A stretch of DNA of 64,000 nt from an uncultured Gemmatimonadaceae bacterium. Its GTDB lineage: Bacteria; Gemmatimonadota; Gemmatimonadetes; Gemmatimonadales; Gemmatimonadaceae. The position numbers and the translations under genes were made by a program. This document shows, one piece after another, positions 39,306 to 50,064 of the stretch; within the stretch, counting starts at the first letter, position 1; each line of letters opens with the position of its first letter. The stretch is from the NCBI GenBank assembly GCA_963761305.1, contig CAVXGK010000002.1:3296001-3360000 (forward strand), in the 5' to 3' direction. Below the pieces are notes generated by a model. It made no database searches, was not told the DNA's origin, and worked only from the letters and a program-made list of their open reading frames with translations.

Positions 39306-40481
39306 TTACGGCTTCGTGAGCGAGATCGTGCCCGACGCGGGCGGTCCGGACGTGAACGTGACCGTGAAGTTGAGCTGCGGCGCGGTCGAGCCGAACGTCG
39401 TGTTCGTCCACCTGCCGTTGTACGTCCCCGCGTACGGCGCCGCGTTGAATGTCGCGGTTGCCGTGCCCGTGGCCGTGAAGGTCACTGTGACCGACGATGC
39501 TGTCGCGTCGAGCATGTTGGTGCCAACCGCCGGGCCGAGCGTCCAACCACCCACCGTCGCGATGCCGTTGGCGTCCGTAGTCGACGACGCGCCGGTGACG
39601 CTGCCGCCGCCGGCCGAGACGGCGAATGTGACGGACGCGTTCGCGACGAGATTGCCGAATTGATCCGCGGCGCGCACCGTCGGTAGGATCGGCAGCGCGG
39701 TTCCAACCACGGCGGTCTGACTATCGCCGGCGACTTTCACGAGCGTCGCGACGGGGCCGGCCACGCCAAACGTCGTGAACGTCAGCGGGCTGCCGGACAA
39801 GGTGGGTGCGGTCGCCGTGAGTGTGTTCGTGCCGACGATCTGTGCGAGGGTCCAACCGCCGACGGTCGCGAGTCCGTCCACACCTGTAGTTGCTATCGGT
39901 CCGGTGACAGTGCCTCCGCCGGTCGCCACGGCGAACGTCACCGTCGCACCGCCGACCGAGTTCCCGAATGCGTCAGTGGATCTCACGGTCGGCCTCGACG
40001 CGAGCGCGACCGGAACGCCGGCAGCGCTAGTCTGCGAATCGGCGACCGCCTTCACGATCGCGGCAAGTGGTCCGGCGGACGCCGTCGCCGTGAACGTCAC
40101 CGGACCTCCCGTGGCCGAGTCCCCTGCATTGGCGTTGAGCGACTGGCCTCCCGCCACGGTGCCGAGCGTCCATGAGCCCAGGCGTGCAATGCCGTCGGCC
40201 CCGGTCGTCAGCGTTCCACCCGTCAGAGAGCCGCCGCCACTCGCGACGGTGAACGTCACCGGGACGCCCGGGTCGGGGATTCCATTCTTCGTCACGATGA
40301 CGGCGGGCGGAACGGCGACGAGTTGGTTCACCGTTCCGTTCTGCGACGTGACGCTCGACGCCGCGATGACCACAACGAAAGTCTGGGGCTCGTTGCTCCC
40401 GCCACAGCCATCGGTCGCGGCACCAATTGCCACGGCCGTCACTATAAAAACGATCCTTCCGATCCGGCGGGACATCAGCAT
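39306..40481 (-). CDS. Surface/lipoprotein with three tandem Ig-like (invasin Big_1-type) repeats
   Basis: Three copies of VTFxVxxGGGSxTG...TxxxGxAxxGxWTL; signal peptide ending in Cys. Confidence 0.85.
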   Translation of the reverse strand: MLMSRRIGRIVFIVTAVAIGAATDGCGGSNEPQTFVVVIAASSVTSQNGTVNQLVAVPPAVIVTKNGIPDPGVPVTFTVASGGGSLTGGTLTTGADGIARLGSWTLGTVAGGQSLNANAGDSATGGPVTFTATASAGPLAAIVKAVADSQTSAAGVPVALASRPTVRSTDAFGNSVGGATVTFAVATGGGTVTGPIATTGVDGLATVGGWTLAQIVGTNTLTATAPTLSGSPLTFTTFGVAGPVATLVKVAGDSQTAVVGTALPILPTVRAADQFGNLVANASVTFAVSAGGGSVTGASSTTDANGIATVGGWTLGPAVGTNMLDATASSVTVTFTATGTATATFNAAPYAGTYNGRWTNTTFGSTAPQLNFTVTFTSGPPASGTISLTKP

Positions 40482-40536
40482 GCTCGGCTCCTTGCGAGGG
40501 CCGGCGCTGGTGGGAGCGCACGGGGGCGATGTCACG

Positions 40537-40803
<267 letters not shown>

Positions 40804-40805
40804 TT

Positions 40806-41381
40806 ATGGGCATGCCTGTGTCGTCGCGGCCGCAACGCCGCTATACGCTGCAAGAGTTCGAGCGTCTTCGCGACGCCGCCCAGCCGGGGCCGCGGTACGA
40901 GTTCCTCGAAGGCGAGGTTCTCGTGACGCCGTCGCCGAACTTGGTGCATCAGCGAATCGTCCTGCGTCTCGCGATGCTGATTGGGCCATTCGTCGAGGCA
41001 AACGGCTTGGGTGAGGTCGTGATCTCGCCGTTCGACGTTCGATTTGCGGACGAGACGGTGTTCCAGCCGGACCTTCTCGTCATGACCGCGGCCGACGTTC
41101 ACTCGGGCCGACGCGACGCGGCGCGCGAGCTCTCACTGGCGGCAGAGGTCATGTCGTTCGGCTCGGCCCGACACGATCGGGTGCGGAAGCGGTCGACATA
41201 CCAGCAACACCGCGTCGATGAGCTGTGGCTCGTCGACCCCGAGAGCGAATTGGTCGAGCGGTGGAGACCGGACGACGAGCGCCCCCAGATTCTCACGGAC
41301 ACACTGGCGTGGAGTCCTGCCGGCACCAGCGAGTCTCTGGCGATCGGTCTGGTCGAATTGTTCACCGAGGCGAAACGGTAG
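40806..41381 (+). CDS. Uma2 (DUF820) family putative endonuclease
   Basis: RYEFLEG, PSPNLVHQ, QPDLLV, AEVMS, DRVRKR, WLVDP. Confidence 0.9.
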   Translation: MGMPVSSRPQRRYTLQEFERLRDAAQPGPRYEFLEGEVLVTPSPNLVHQRIVLRLAMLIGPFVEANGLGEVVISPFDVRFADETVFQPDLLVMTAADVHSGRRDAARELSLAAEVMSFGSARHDRVRKRSTYQQHRVDELWLVDPESELVERWRPDDERPQILTDTLAWSPAGTSESLAIGLVELFTEAKR

Positions 41382-41384
41382 CTC

Positions 41385-43775
41385 CTACGACTTGAGCGTC
41401 GTCCCGAGAACTCGCCGCTTCAGATCGAGGAAGCGCGGGTCGTTCTCGACGCTGCGAAACCAGGGCGAGTTCCAGCCGAGAAGCGCGCGCAGGCTGAACG
41501 TCTTTTTTCGAAACGCGGTCTCCAGCCACTGCATCGTGTGATCGGCGTCTCCCATGCCGGCATACGCAATCGCGATGAAATCCGGATCGACCCACTGCCG
41601 CCGCTCTCGGGCCTCGATGAGTCGAATCTGCTCGAGCGCTTTGGTGCGGTTGCCCATCCTGCCGTAGGTCACCGCGAGACCGGTCGACGGCTGTCCGAAC
41701 GTCTTCTCGAACGCCGAGAACGCCTTCAATGCGTCGTCGTAGCGGGCCATGTCGAGATACGCGATCCCGTCGGTTGCCTCCCAGACGACGACCATCGAAT
41801 CGAGCGACTTGGCGATCGAGTCGACTCGAAGCGCTGCCGCCGGGCGTCCACCCCAGGCGAACGCTTCGGCGGACAGCCGCTGGGCGAGCGCCGACAACGG
41901 ATCGACATGGACCAATCTGGCGGCGAGCGAGAACGCTTTCGTCGTGTCGCCGGACAGGTATGAGAACAACCCGTACATGAACAACGCGTCCGGCGAGTTC
42001 GGGTCGAGCGCCAGGCCGCGCTCCATCTCCGCGCGCCCGGCGGCGAAGTCCCAAGTCGCCGCGCCGATTTCGTATCCGTGAATCACGCGCGCTTCCGCCA
42101 ACAAACTGTCGGCCGCCACCGCGCGCTCGGCCGCGGCCAGCGCCAGCGAGTGGTACTCGTGCGACGGCATGTAGACGTCGGAGAGAATGTCGTACACGAA
42201 GGCGACGCCGGCGTGCGCCTGCGCGTAGTTCGGGTCGAGCTTGAGGGCGTCCTGGAAGTAGCCGAGCGCTCTCTGCAAAGCGTCGGGAGTGAGCTTGTTC
42301 TTCTCGAACACGCCGCGGAGATACAAGTCGTGCGCCTCGGCGTTCGTGGTCCGCCCCGCGTGCGCGACGGCGACGACCGTCGGCGAGAGCACCATGCGCA
42401 TCTCGGCCGCGATCGCGCTCGTGATGTCGTCCTGCATCGCGAAGTTGTCCTTGTTCTCGCGATCGTACGTCTGTGACCAGAGCAGTTTGCCGTCGGGACG
42501 ATTGAGTTGCATCTGCAATCGAACGCGGCCCATGCCAGGCTGCAGCTTGCCGGTCAACAGCAGGCCGACGTGCAGCTGCCTCGCGATCTCCACCGGTGCG
42601 GCGCGCGTGCCCTTGAAGCGAAAGGTCGAGAGATCGCCCGCGATCTGCATGCCCGGAATCTTCTGGAGCTCGTGCGCCAACTCGCTCGTCATGCCGTCGG
42701 CCAGGTACTGTGTGGTCGAGTCGCCGCCAAGGTTTTCGATCGGTAACACGGCGAGCGTGTTGTCGACGGGTGCCGCCCCACTGGGTTGTCTGACAAAAAG
42801 CGCGACGACGCCGACAACGACCAACGTGGCGACCGTAAGCCCGGCGGCGAACACGTGCTTCGTTCCACGGTTGGTCGTCGTCGCCGTCGACGCATTGGGG
42901 CTTGCCGCGCCCGGCGTGACGATCGCGTCGAGCGCACGGACAATTTCCTCGGCGGTCTGCGGACGATCGTCGGGCGACTTCGCGAGGCACCGCATCACCA
43001 GGTCGGCGAGCGCCGGACTCACGCCGGCACGCAGGGTTCCGACGGGCCTCGGAGTCTCGCGGATCTGCGCGGCGATCAACGCCTGCGTCGAGCGTCCGGT
43101 GAACGGCGGCGCGCCGGTGATCAATTCGTAGGCGAGAATGCCCCACGCGTACAGATCCACTCGATGATCCACCGACGGATCGGCGACTGCTTGTTCCGGC
43201 GCCATGTATGCCGGCGTCCCGATCGCGATCCCGGCCGACGTCGTTCCAAACGCGCCGCCCCTCGCCCCCCCAGGGCCGGCGGCGTCGAGCGCCTTGGCGA
43301 CCCCGAAGTCGGTGACCATCGCCGCGCCGCCCGACATGAGAATGTTGTCCGGCTTGATGTCGCGATGGATGACGTCGTGAGCGTGGGCGTACGCGAGCGC
43401 GCTCGCGACTTCTCGCAGAATGCGGATCGTCTCGTTGAGCGGCGGTGGCCCGTCGCGGACTATGCGCGCGCGCAACGATTCGCCGTCGACGAACGGCATG
43501 GTGAAGTAGGGCAGGCCGTGAAATTCGCCCGAGGAGAGAAGCGGGACGATGTGCGCGTGCTGGAGCCGCGCGGCGATCGTGATCTCACGCCTGAACCGTT
43601 CGACCGAGAGATGCCCCGCCATCTCGGCCGGCAGCACCTTCACGACGACGCGGCGGTTGAGCGCGCGCTCGACGCCGAGAAAGACCCGCGACATACCTCC
43701 GCCGCCGAGCTCACGATCGAGCGTGTAGGCGGAGCCGAGTGCTTCCTCGAGCTTGGGGCGGATGTCGGCGGACAC
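41385..43775 (-). CDS. Ser/Thr kinase with TolB-N-like and TPR domains
   Basis: GGGGMSRVF, HRDIKPDN, DFG; LAVLPIENLGGD; TPR repeats (ALKLDPNYAQAHAG). Confidence 0.93.
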   Translation of the reverse strand: MSADIRPKLEEALGSAYTLDRELGGGGMSRVFLGVERALNRRVVVKVLPAEMAGHLSVERFRREITIAARLQHAHIVPLLSSGEFHGLPYFTMPFVDGESLRARIVRDGPPPLNETIRILREVASALAYAHAHDVIHRDIKPDNILMSGGAAMVTDFGVAKALDAAGPGGARGGAFGTTSAGIAIGTPAYMAPEQAVADPSVDHRVDLYAWGILAYELITGAPPFTGRSTQALIAAQIRETPRPVGTLRAGVSPALADLVMRCLAKSPDDRPQTAEEIVRALDAIVTPGAASPNASTATTTNRGTKHVFAAGLTVATLVVVGVVALFVRQPSGAAPVDNTLAVLPIENLGGDSTTQYLADGMTSELAHELQKIPGMQIAGDLSTFRFKGTRAAPVEIARQLHVGLLLTGKLQPGMGRVRLQMQLNRPDGKLLWSQTYDRENKDNFAMQDDITSAIAAEMRMVLSPTVVAVAHAGRTTNAEAHDLYLRGVFEKNKLTPDALQRALGYFQDALKLDPNYAQAHAGVAFVYDILSDVYMPSHEYHSLALAAAERAVAADSLLAEARVIHGYEIGAATWDFAAGRAEMERGLALDPNSPDALFMYGLFSYLSGDTTKAFSLAARLVHVDPLSALAQRLSAEAFAWGGRPAAALRVDSIAKSLDSMVVVWEATDGIAYLDMARYDDALKAFSAFEKTFGQPSTGLAVTYGRMGNRTKALEQIRLIEARERRQWVDPDFIAIAYAGMGDADHTMQWLETAFRKKTFSLRALLGWNSPWFRSVENDPRFLDLKRRVLGTTLKS

Positions 43776-43857
43776 GGGCCTCCGTCGGCCGGGTCGAATC
43801 CGGGTAAGGTACAGCTCGAGCGGCCCGCTGGCACCCGCCCGAGCCTTCCTCGGCCGC

Positions 43858-44445
43858 CTAAAGCACCCGCCGCGCCGCCACGAAGTACGTCACGAACCAC
43901 TCGCCGCCCGAGTTGAGATCCGTGTAGCCAACCCCGCCGAGTGAGCTCGACGCATGGAGAATGCGCCCGTTGCCGGCGTAGATCGCGACGTGTGAGATCG
44001 CCGCGCCAGGCTCGGCGAACATCATGAGATCTCCCGGTCTCAGCGCGCGGAAGTCGGCCTCGACCGCCGTTCCCGCACGAACCTGCTCGCGCGCCGTCCT
44101 CGGCAGCGCGATGTGGTACTTCGCGAATATGTATTTCGTGAACCCCGAGCAGTCGAACCCTTCGCGCGGCGTGTTGCCTCCCCACGCGTAACGCGTGCCG
44201 ATGTACTCGCTCGCCGTGTTCAGCACTCGCGCGGCGGCGGCTGACGGCGGAGGAGAGTCGGGAATCCGTCGCCCGGTTCGCGCCGGTTGTCCGCCGCTCG
44301 TTGTCGGCGTCGGGGGAAGGCTCGCGATCACCGCGGCGAGGATGTCTCCGGGCGAGACGTTGAGCGCTGTCGTCGTGCAGCCGGCGAGTGGCAGCAGGGA
44401 TACGACGGCGATCGCGCCGACCGGGAGTCGTGCGGGCGTGATCAT
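43858..44445 (-). CDS. NlpC/P60 (C40) peptidoglycan peptidase, lipoprotein
   Basis: LAGC lipobox; YAWGG, FDCSGF, PGDL, HVAIYAG, HAS. Start uncertain. Confidence 0.92.
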   Translation of the reverse strand: MITPARLPVGAIAVVSLLPLAGCTTTALNVSPGDILAAVIASLPPTPTTSGGQPARTGRRIPDSPPPSAAAARVLNTASEYIGTRYAWGGNTPREGFDCSGFTKYIFAKYHIALPRTAREQVRAGTAVEADFRALRPGDLMMFAEPGAAISHVAIYAGNGRILHASSSLGGVGYTDLNSGGEWFVTYFVAARRVL

Positions 44446-44665
44446 ACCGCACGCGAAGGCATCATTGGCGCCCGTTGCGTGGAGCTGCGGCAACAGGTTC
44501 CGGGTCAACGTGTTAGATGACCGGGCGGGTTGAACGAGAGCAGTGGACCGTCCGCTCTCGGCGACAGATCAGTGGATGGAGTAGTGGACGAGCTCGAGCG
44601 TATTCGGATCGCGCTCTAGATCCCGGGCCGTCTCGGCGTCCGAGGGCCACCCTCGAGCCGCGCTC

Positions 44666-46810
44666 TTACAATCGCTTTTGTAACTCGACGAACCGCTGTT
44701 CTCCACGCAGGAGCGTCAAATCGCTGTCGTGCTCGAGCCACTCCCGATGCCCGAAGCCGCACTCCACTGCCTTTTCCAAGCACGCCAGCGCTTCGTCCTT
44801 CATGTCGCCGAGCGCGTACACGCACGCCACGTTGTAGAGCACCATCGAGTCCGATGGATTCGAGTCGTGCGCCTTGCGCACCCAGTCGAGCGCGCGATCG
44901 CGTTGGCCCAGCTGCATCAGCGCGCCGGCGCCGAGGTAGAGCGCGCGCGGATCGTCCGGATGGAGGTCGAGGTGCCGGTCCAGGCGCTGCATGGCGCGGT
45001 GGATGTTGTCGGTCGCATCCTGCTCTCGCCCCAGCCCCTTGAGCGGGCCGGTGGCTAGCAGCATCGCCTGATAGTCCTCCGGTCTCACCTCGGCTGCCTT
45101 GGCGAAGTTTTTCGCGGCCTCGTCCAGCTTTCCTTCCTGGAGACACGCCCGGGCGAACAGGTAGTACGCCTCGAACAATTTCGGATCGAGCTGCAGGGCA
45201 CGCTCGAATTCCGGGCGCGCTTCGGAGTAGCGCCGGCTCAATGACAATGCGAAGCCGCGCGACGCGTGCGCCGCCGCAAGGTTCAGGTCGAGCTCCAACG
45301 CACGCCGGCTGGCGGCGTCGGCGCCGTCGAGGTTGGACTTGCTGCCGTCCCAATACATGTAGAGAAACGCGCAGCAGTCGGCGATGCCGGTGTAGGCGAG
45401 CGCGTACTCCGGCTCAATCTCGATCGCCCGCTCGAACATCCGCCGTGCGTACTGGATGCTCGTGCGGCTCCACTGATGGAAGTACTGGCGCCCGCGGAGA
45501 TAGTACTCGTACGCCTGCACGTTCACGATGGGCGATTTCTCGAGCGCGCGCTTCTCGTCCTCGCTCAGCACGAGGCGCAGCGCCTTGACGATGTTGCCGG
45601 CGATCTCGTCCTGGATCGCGAACACGTCCTCGAGCTGACGGTCGAAGCGCTCCGACCAGAGGTGATACCCGTCGGCCACGTTCACCAACTGCGCCGTCAC
45701 GCGGAGGCGGTCACCCGCCTTTCGCACGCTCCCCTCGAGGACCGTCGCGACCTTGAGCTTTCGCCCGATCTCGCTGATGTCCTCGCTCTTTCCCTTGAAC
45801 GCGAATGACGACGTGCGCGACGCGACGCGCAGCGCCTGCACCTTGCTCAGCGCGTTGATGATCTCCTCGGCGATTCCCTCGCAGAAGAAATCCTGATCGT
45901 GCTGCGGGCTCATGTCCGAGAACGCGAGCACGGCGATCGACTTCGTGTTCGCCTTCGTTTCCGGCGGCGTGGACGTGCCGCTGGGCCACGTGAGCGCCTG
46001 TGCGAACTGACTCGCCGTGGCGAAACGCGCCGCCGGCGTCTTGGCGAGCGACTTGGTGATCGCCTGGTCGAGAAACTCCGGGGTGTCGGGCCGCGCGTCG
46101 CGCACAGGCGGCACCTGCTCCATGAATAGTTTGGCCATGATGGCCTGCATGTTCGGGCCGGTGAACGGCGCCGACCCGGTCACCATCTCATAGAGCATCG
46201 CGCCGAGCGAGTAAACATCGGCGCGTCCGTCGATCTCGATCTCGCCGGACGCTTGCTCGGGGCTCATGTACGAGGGCGTGCCCACCGCCATCCCCGTCTG
46301 CGTGAGGCTGTTCGACGCCGCGGCGGAAATGGCCTTCGCGATCCCGAAATCCGTGACGACGGCCTCACCGTCGTGCATCATCACGTTCTCGGGCTTGATG
46401 TCGCGATGGATGACTTGCTGCCGGTGCGCGTAGTCGAGCGCCGCCGCCACGGCCCGCGCGATTTGCACGGCGTCTTCTATAGAAAGGCGGGGTTGACGCT
46501 GGAGGCGCTGTCTGAGCGATTCGCCCTCGACGAACGGCATCACGTAGTACAACAAATCGTCCGCGCGCCCCGAGTCGTACATCGGGACGATGTGTGGGTG
46601 CTGCAGCCGACCAGCGATCTGGATCTCGCGCAGGAATCGCTCGGGCCCCAGGCTCTCGGCGAGGTGCGAGTGCAGGACTTTGATGGCGACCGGACGATTG
46701 TGCCGGGTGTCGTGCGCGCGGTAGACGGTTGCCATGCCGCCGCGACCGATCTCACGCTCGACTTCGTAGTGGCCGCCGAGCGCGGTGTTCAGCTTCGAGA
46801 TCGAATCCAT
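44666..46810 (-). CDS. Cytoplasmic Ser/Thr kinase with TolB-N-like and TPR domains
   Basis: GRGGMATVY, HRDIKPEN, DFG; SIAVLAFSDMS; multiple TPRs; no TM segment seen. Confidence 0.93.
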   Translation of the reverse strand: MDSISKLNTALGGHYEVEREIGRGGMATVYRAHDTRHNRPVAIKVLHSHLAESLGPERFLREIQIAGRLQHPHIVPMYDSGRADDLLYYVMPFVEGESLRQRLQRQPRLSIEDAVQIARAVAAALDYAHRQQVIHRDIKPENVMMHDGEAVVTDFGIAKAISAAASNSLTQTGMAVGTPSYMSPEQASGEIEIDGRADVYSLGAMLYEMVTGSAPFTGPNMQAIMAKLFMEQVPPVRDARPDTPEFLDQAITKSLAKTPAARFATASQFAQALTWPSGTSTPPETKANTKSIAVLAFSDMSPQHDQDFFCEGIAEEIINALSKVQALRVASRTSSFAFKGKSEDISEIGRKLKVATVLEGSVRKAGDRLRVTAQLVNVADGYHLWSERFDRQLEDVFAIQDEIAGNIVKALRLVLSEDEKRALEKSPIVNVQAYEYYLRGRQYFHQWSRTSIQYARRMFERAIEIEPEYALAYTGIADCCAFLYMYWDGSKSNLDGADAASRRALELDLNLAAAHASRGFALSLSRRYSEARPEFERALQLDPKLFEAYYLFARACLQEGKLDEAAKNFAKAAEVRPEDYQAMLLATGPLKGLGREQDATDNIHRAMQRLDRHLDLHPDDPRALYLGAGALMQLGQRDRALDWVRKAHDSNPSDSMVLYNVACVYALGDMKDEALACLEKAVECGFGHREWLEHDSDLTLLRGEQRFVELQKRL

Positions 46811-46960
46811 TGTCGCCGCACTCGTCATCGTCGACGGGGGTTGCGCCGAGGACGAAAGCCGCGGCGGGGCCAGACCAAATGTGGCCCTAACGTAGCCCAC
46901 GGGACGGATGCAAGCGAGCGCTGCTTCCGGGCGCGGGCGAGCCGCCGCCCCGAAGCCGCG

Positions 46961-49054
46961 TCAGAGCAGAATGTCGCCGCGTATCCGCTGTCTCATGGCC
47001 CACCACAGAGCGCCGAGAACGGAGGACCGTTGAATTACGACCTTTGCCTCGCCGGTTGCCGCCGCTCGCCATGCTCCCTCGGTCCGAACCGGCACCCGCG
47101 CCTCGATCGCGCCCCCGACCACGCCTCCGGCCGCCGAGACCCCGCCGATCGACGCTACGATTGCATTCCAAGGATCGGCGAGCGTCACGAGTCGCACTGT
47201 CTGCCCCGCCCGCACGCGCGTTGCTCCGGCCCCGTCGAGCGCGACGCGCGCTTCGAGAGAGTCCACCGTCGCGATGGAAAGAATCCGGTCGCCGGCGTTG
47301 ACACTGCGCCCGGCCTGCTCCTCGACCCGCGACGTCGTGATGACGCCGCTCCAACGCGCCCGAAGTGTGAGCGCATCGATTCGCGCCTGCAATCCGTCGA
47401 GCCGCGCGTTTGCGGCGGCGCGCTCATCATCAAGTCGCGCGACGATTGCCGCCTGGTTCGTCGCCCGCGCGCGGGACGCCGCGATGCTCAGCGAATCGAC
47501 CTGGCGCGCAGTCGATACCAACTCGCGCTCCAACGACCACACCACGATGCGGGCGACCGGCGCGCCGGCCGGAACGCGCGTTCCCTCGCGCACGAAGACC
47601 TCAGCGACGACTCCGCTGTCGGGCGCGACAAGGTCGAGTGTTCGCACCGGCGCGAGCGCGAATTGTCCCGACGCCGTGAGATTCCACGGGATGATCGCCA
47701 TCACGACTCCCGCAACGACCACCGCACTCGCGGCGACGATGGCTTTCCGTCTCCAGTTGCCACGTTTCCCTTTGGCGCGCCGCGTTCGCACGGCGAGCAC
47801 GAGCGTGCGTCCCCACTCGGCGATTCCATGGCGAGCGAGTGCGACGATCAGCCCGAGCGCAATCACGACTCCGATCACGCCCAGTGCCGCGCGCGCCCAG
47901 CCGAGGACCCACATCCCGACCACGGCGAACAGCAAGGCGACGTAACACACCGCGAGACTGCCGTAGATGAGAAACACACGCTTCTCTCGATCGCTCACCG
48001 ACGGCTCGGGAATCTCGAGGCGCAGCAAGTGCCGGCGGATCCACCAACCGAGGTACCCCTGTGCACGTTGGCGGAGATTCGGGATCTCCAGCCAATCGGT
48101 CAGCGCGAAGTAGCCGTCGAGCGGGATGAGTGGATTCATGTTCGTGAGAATCGTCGTCGCTCCGCCGATCAGCATCGCCGCGATCGCGATCTCCGAAATG
48201 AGCGTGCCGGGCCGCACAACGGTCCAGACGAGCGCCGCGATGCCGGCGATGACGAACTGAATCCAACTTCCGGCCGCCGTGACCCAGAGGCGCGAGCGCA
48301 CTTCAGGAAAGCTCCACGCGTCCGTCACGTTGCAGTAGAACGCGGGCTGAAAATACACGAGCATGAATCCCATCTCGTGGACTTCGCCGCCGAAGTACTT
48401 GCAGGTGAACCCGTGACCGAGTTCGTGGAGGAAGACGACACCCAGGCCGGTGAACCAGAGGACGACCGCGGCGCCGACCGTGAGATTGGTTAGTGAGTAC
48501 AGTTGAACGACGGTGTGCGAAAACTCGTCCCACCTCGCGGCGAGTACGCCGAAGTACGCGACGTACAGCAGCACCGAGACCGCGAGAAATGCCGGCGTGA
48601 AACACCAGCGAATCGCCGGAAGTACGCGGTTGAATGCCGCGTCGGGGTCGCCCATCGACCAGCGCATGCGGAGCAGCTCACCGCGAAACAACTTCGGCTG
48701 GCGTCTCCGCCGCCGCTCCGCGCGCAGTCGCTCGAGCTCGAGCGTGGTGCGCTCGACGAGCGTCCGTTCGAGCACTCCGATCGACGAGAGCTTGCGCGCG
48801 AACCCCTCTACCGCGCGCGCGGGAATGCGCAGTCCCTGCTCGGCCAGCGAACCCGCGATCTCGTCGGGCGTGCGTCGGCCGTCGAAGCAGCGCATGACGG
48901 CGATTTCCACCGCACCAAAACGGAAATACTTCCTCGTGGTGGGATCCTTTACGACGTAGCTCGTCTCGCCCTTGAACAACTGCTCGATGATGGCGAGGTC
49001 GGGTCGAAGTCGCGGAAGGAATCCCGCCGCGTCGCCAGTGAGCGCGGCACCCAC
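46961..49054 (-). CDS. RRE/PqqD-like - M50 intramembrane Zn peptidase - HlyD-type membrane-fusion protein fusion
   Basis: N-terminal YVVKDP..KYFRFG..CFDGRRTPDEI (RRE-like); HELGH, AAGS and NMNPLIPLDG M50 motifs; C-terminal APDSGVVAEVFVREG lipoyl-hairpin. Confidence 0.88.
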   Translation of the reverse strand: MGAALTGDAAGFLPRLRPDLAIIEQLFKGETSYVVKDPTTRKYFRFGAVEIAVMRCFDGRRTPDEIAGSLAEQGLRIPARAVEGFARKLSSIGVLERTLVERTTLELERLRAERRRRRQPKLFRGELLRMRWSMGDPDAAFNRVLPAIRWCFTPAFLAVSVLLYVAYFGVLAARWDEFSHTVVQLYSLTNLTVGAAVVLWFTGLGVVFLHELGHGFTCKYFGGEVHEMGFMLVYFQPAFYCNVTDAWSFPEVRSRLWVTAAGSWIQFVIAGIAALVWTVVRPGTLISEIAIAAMLIGGATTILTNMNPLIPLDGYFALTDWLEIPNLRQRAQGYLGWWIRRHLLRLEIPEPSVSDREKRVFLIYGSLAVCYVALLFAVVGMWVLGWARAALGVIGVVIALGLIVALARHGIAEWGRTLVLAVRTRRAKGKRGNWRRKAIVAASAVVVAGVVMAIIPWNLTASGQFALAPVRTLDLVAPDSGVVAEVFVREGTRVPAGAPVARIVVWSLERELVSTARQVDSLSIAASRARATNQAAIVARLDDERAAANARLDGLQARIDALTLRARWSGVITTSRVEEQAGRSVNAGDRILSIATVDSLEARVALDGAGATRVRAGQTVRLVTLADPWNAIVASIGGVSAAGGVVGGAIEARVPVRTEGAWRAAATGEAKVVIQRSSVLGALWWAMRQRIRGDILL

Positions 49055-50064
49055 TAGTCGCGCCGGGCGATCCGCTCGCCGGGTGAAAGGCCATTCACGA
49101 TCTCGACACGGCCGTCGCCGAGGTCGGCGCCAAGCGTGACGGGCCGAAGTGCCGTTCCACCATTCTCGACGACGAGCACGAATCCATCGGGTGCGACGGC
49201 GTCGCGCGGAATGGCGACGACGTGCCGCCGCTGATTACCGAGTCGAACGGTGACGCTGTTGCCGGGAATGAGCCGAGTGCCGTCCGATATGCGAAGTATC
49301 ACCTCGCGCGTTCCGCTCGCCGCATCGATGACTGAAGCGGCGCTCGTCACGACCGCGGCGGCGTTCGCTCCGTCGTCAGCCGCCACGGCCGCGTGATCGC
49401 CGACGTGCACGCTGGCCGCGCTCGACTCCGGAACACGAACGCGCACCAGCAGTGGCGCCGTCTCGGTCACGCGAAACAGCGTGTCGCCGACGTTCACATA
49501 GTGGCCGGGCCGCGCGTACCGAGCCGTGACCACGCCGCTGAACGGCGCCACGACCTTGGTGAGCTCCATGTCTCGCCGCGCCTTCCGTCGCACGAGATCC
49601 GCTTGTCGGTACTGAAGCTCGGCTTGCTCGGAATCCGCCTGGGTGATGCCGCCTGCCTTCGTCACCGCGCGGGCGCGAACGACCGCCTTGCCGAGGTTGT
49701 CGTAAGACGCTTCGGCCTGCGCGAGCGCGATTTGCTGGTCGGCGTTTTCCAACAGCGCCAACTGATTCCCACCGCTCACCCGATCGTTCAACTCCGCCAT
49801 CACTGAATCGACGTTCCCCGCCGACCGCGCCACCACGAACGCGTCGTGCTCGACATAGAGCTGCGCCGGCAACTGCAACGGCGCGCGCACGGTGGTCGTA
49901 TCGACGAGAATTCCTGCCGCCGCGGTCGCCGCCGGACGCTTCGCAGCCGCATTCGACTGCCGCCCACACGCACCGATGCCGACCAAGAACGCCGCGATCA
50001 GACGCGAACGCGCCGTTTGACCCGTCCACCTGTGCACCCGTCCACCTGTCCACCCGGCCTTCAT
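49054..50064 (-). CDS. Efflux periplasmic adaptor (MFP), lipoprotein
   Basis: GIGAC lipobox; VVAPFSGVV, VRVPE, IPRDAV, VEIVNGLSPGE; overlaps both neighbours. Confidence 0.88.
   Translation of the reverse strand: MKAGWTGGRVHRWTGQTARSRLIAAFLVGIGACGRQSNAAAKRPAATAAAGILVDTTTVRAPLQLPAQLYVEHDAFVVARSAGNVDSVMAELNDRVSGGNQLALLENADQQIALAQAEASYDNLGKAVVRARAVTKAGGITQADSEQAELQYRQADLVRRKARRDMELTKVVAPFSGVVTARYARPGHYVNVGDTLFRVTETAPLLVRVRVPESSAASVHVGDHAAVAADDGANAAAVVTSAASVIDAASGTREVILRISDGTRLIPGNSVTVRLGNQRRHVVAIPRDAVAPDGFVLVVENGGTALRPVTLGADLGDGRVEIVNGLSPGERIARRD

Noticed and set aside
46253..48493. Long alternative-frame and antisense ORFs (also 12901..14907, 18868..20970, 41362..43146)
   Set aside because: Arg/Ala-rich shadows expected at high GC; they overlap well-supported genes and lack motifs.
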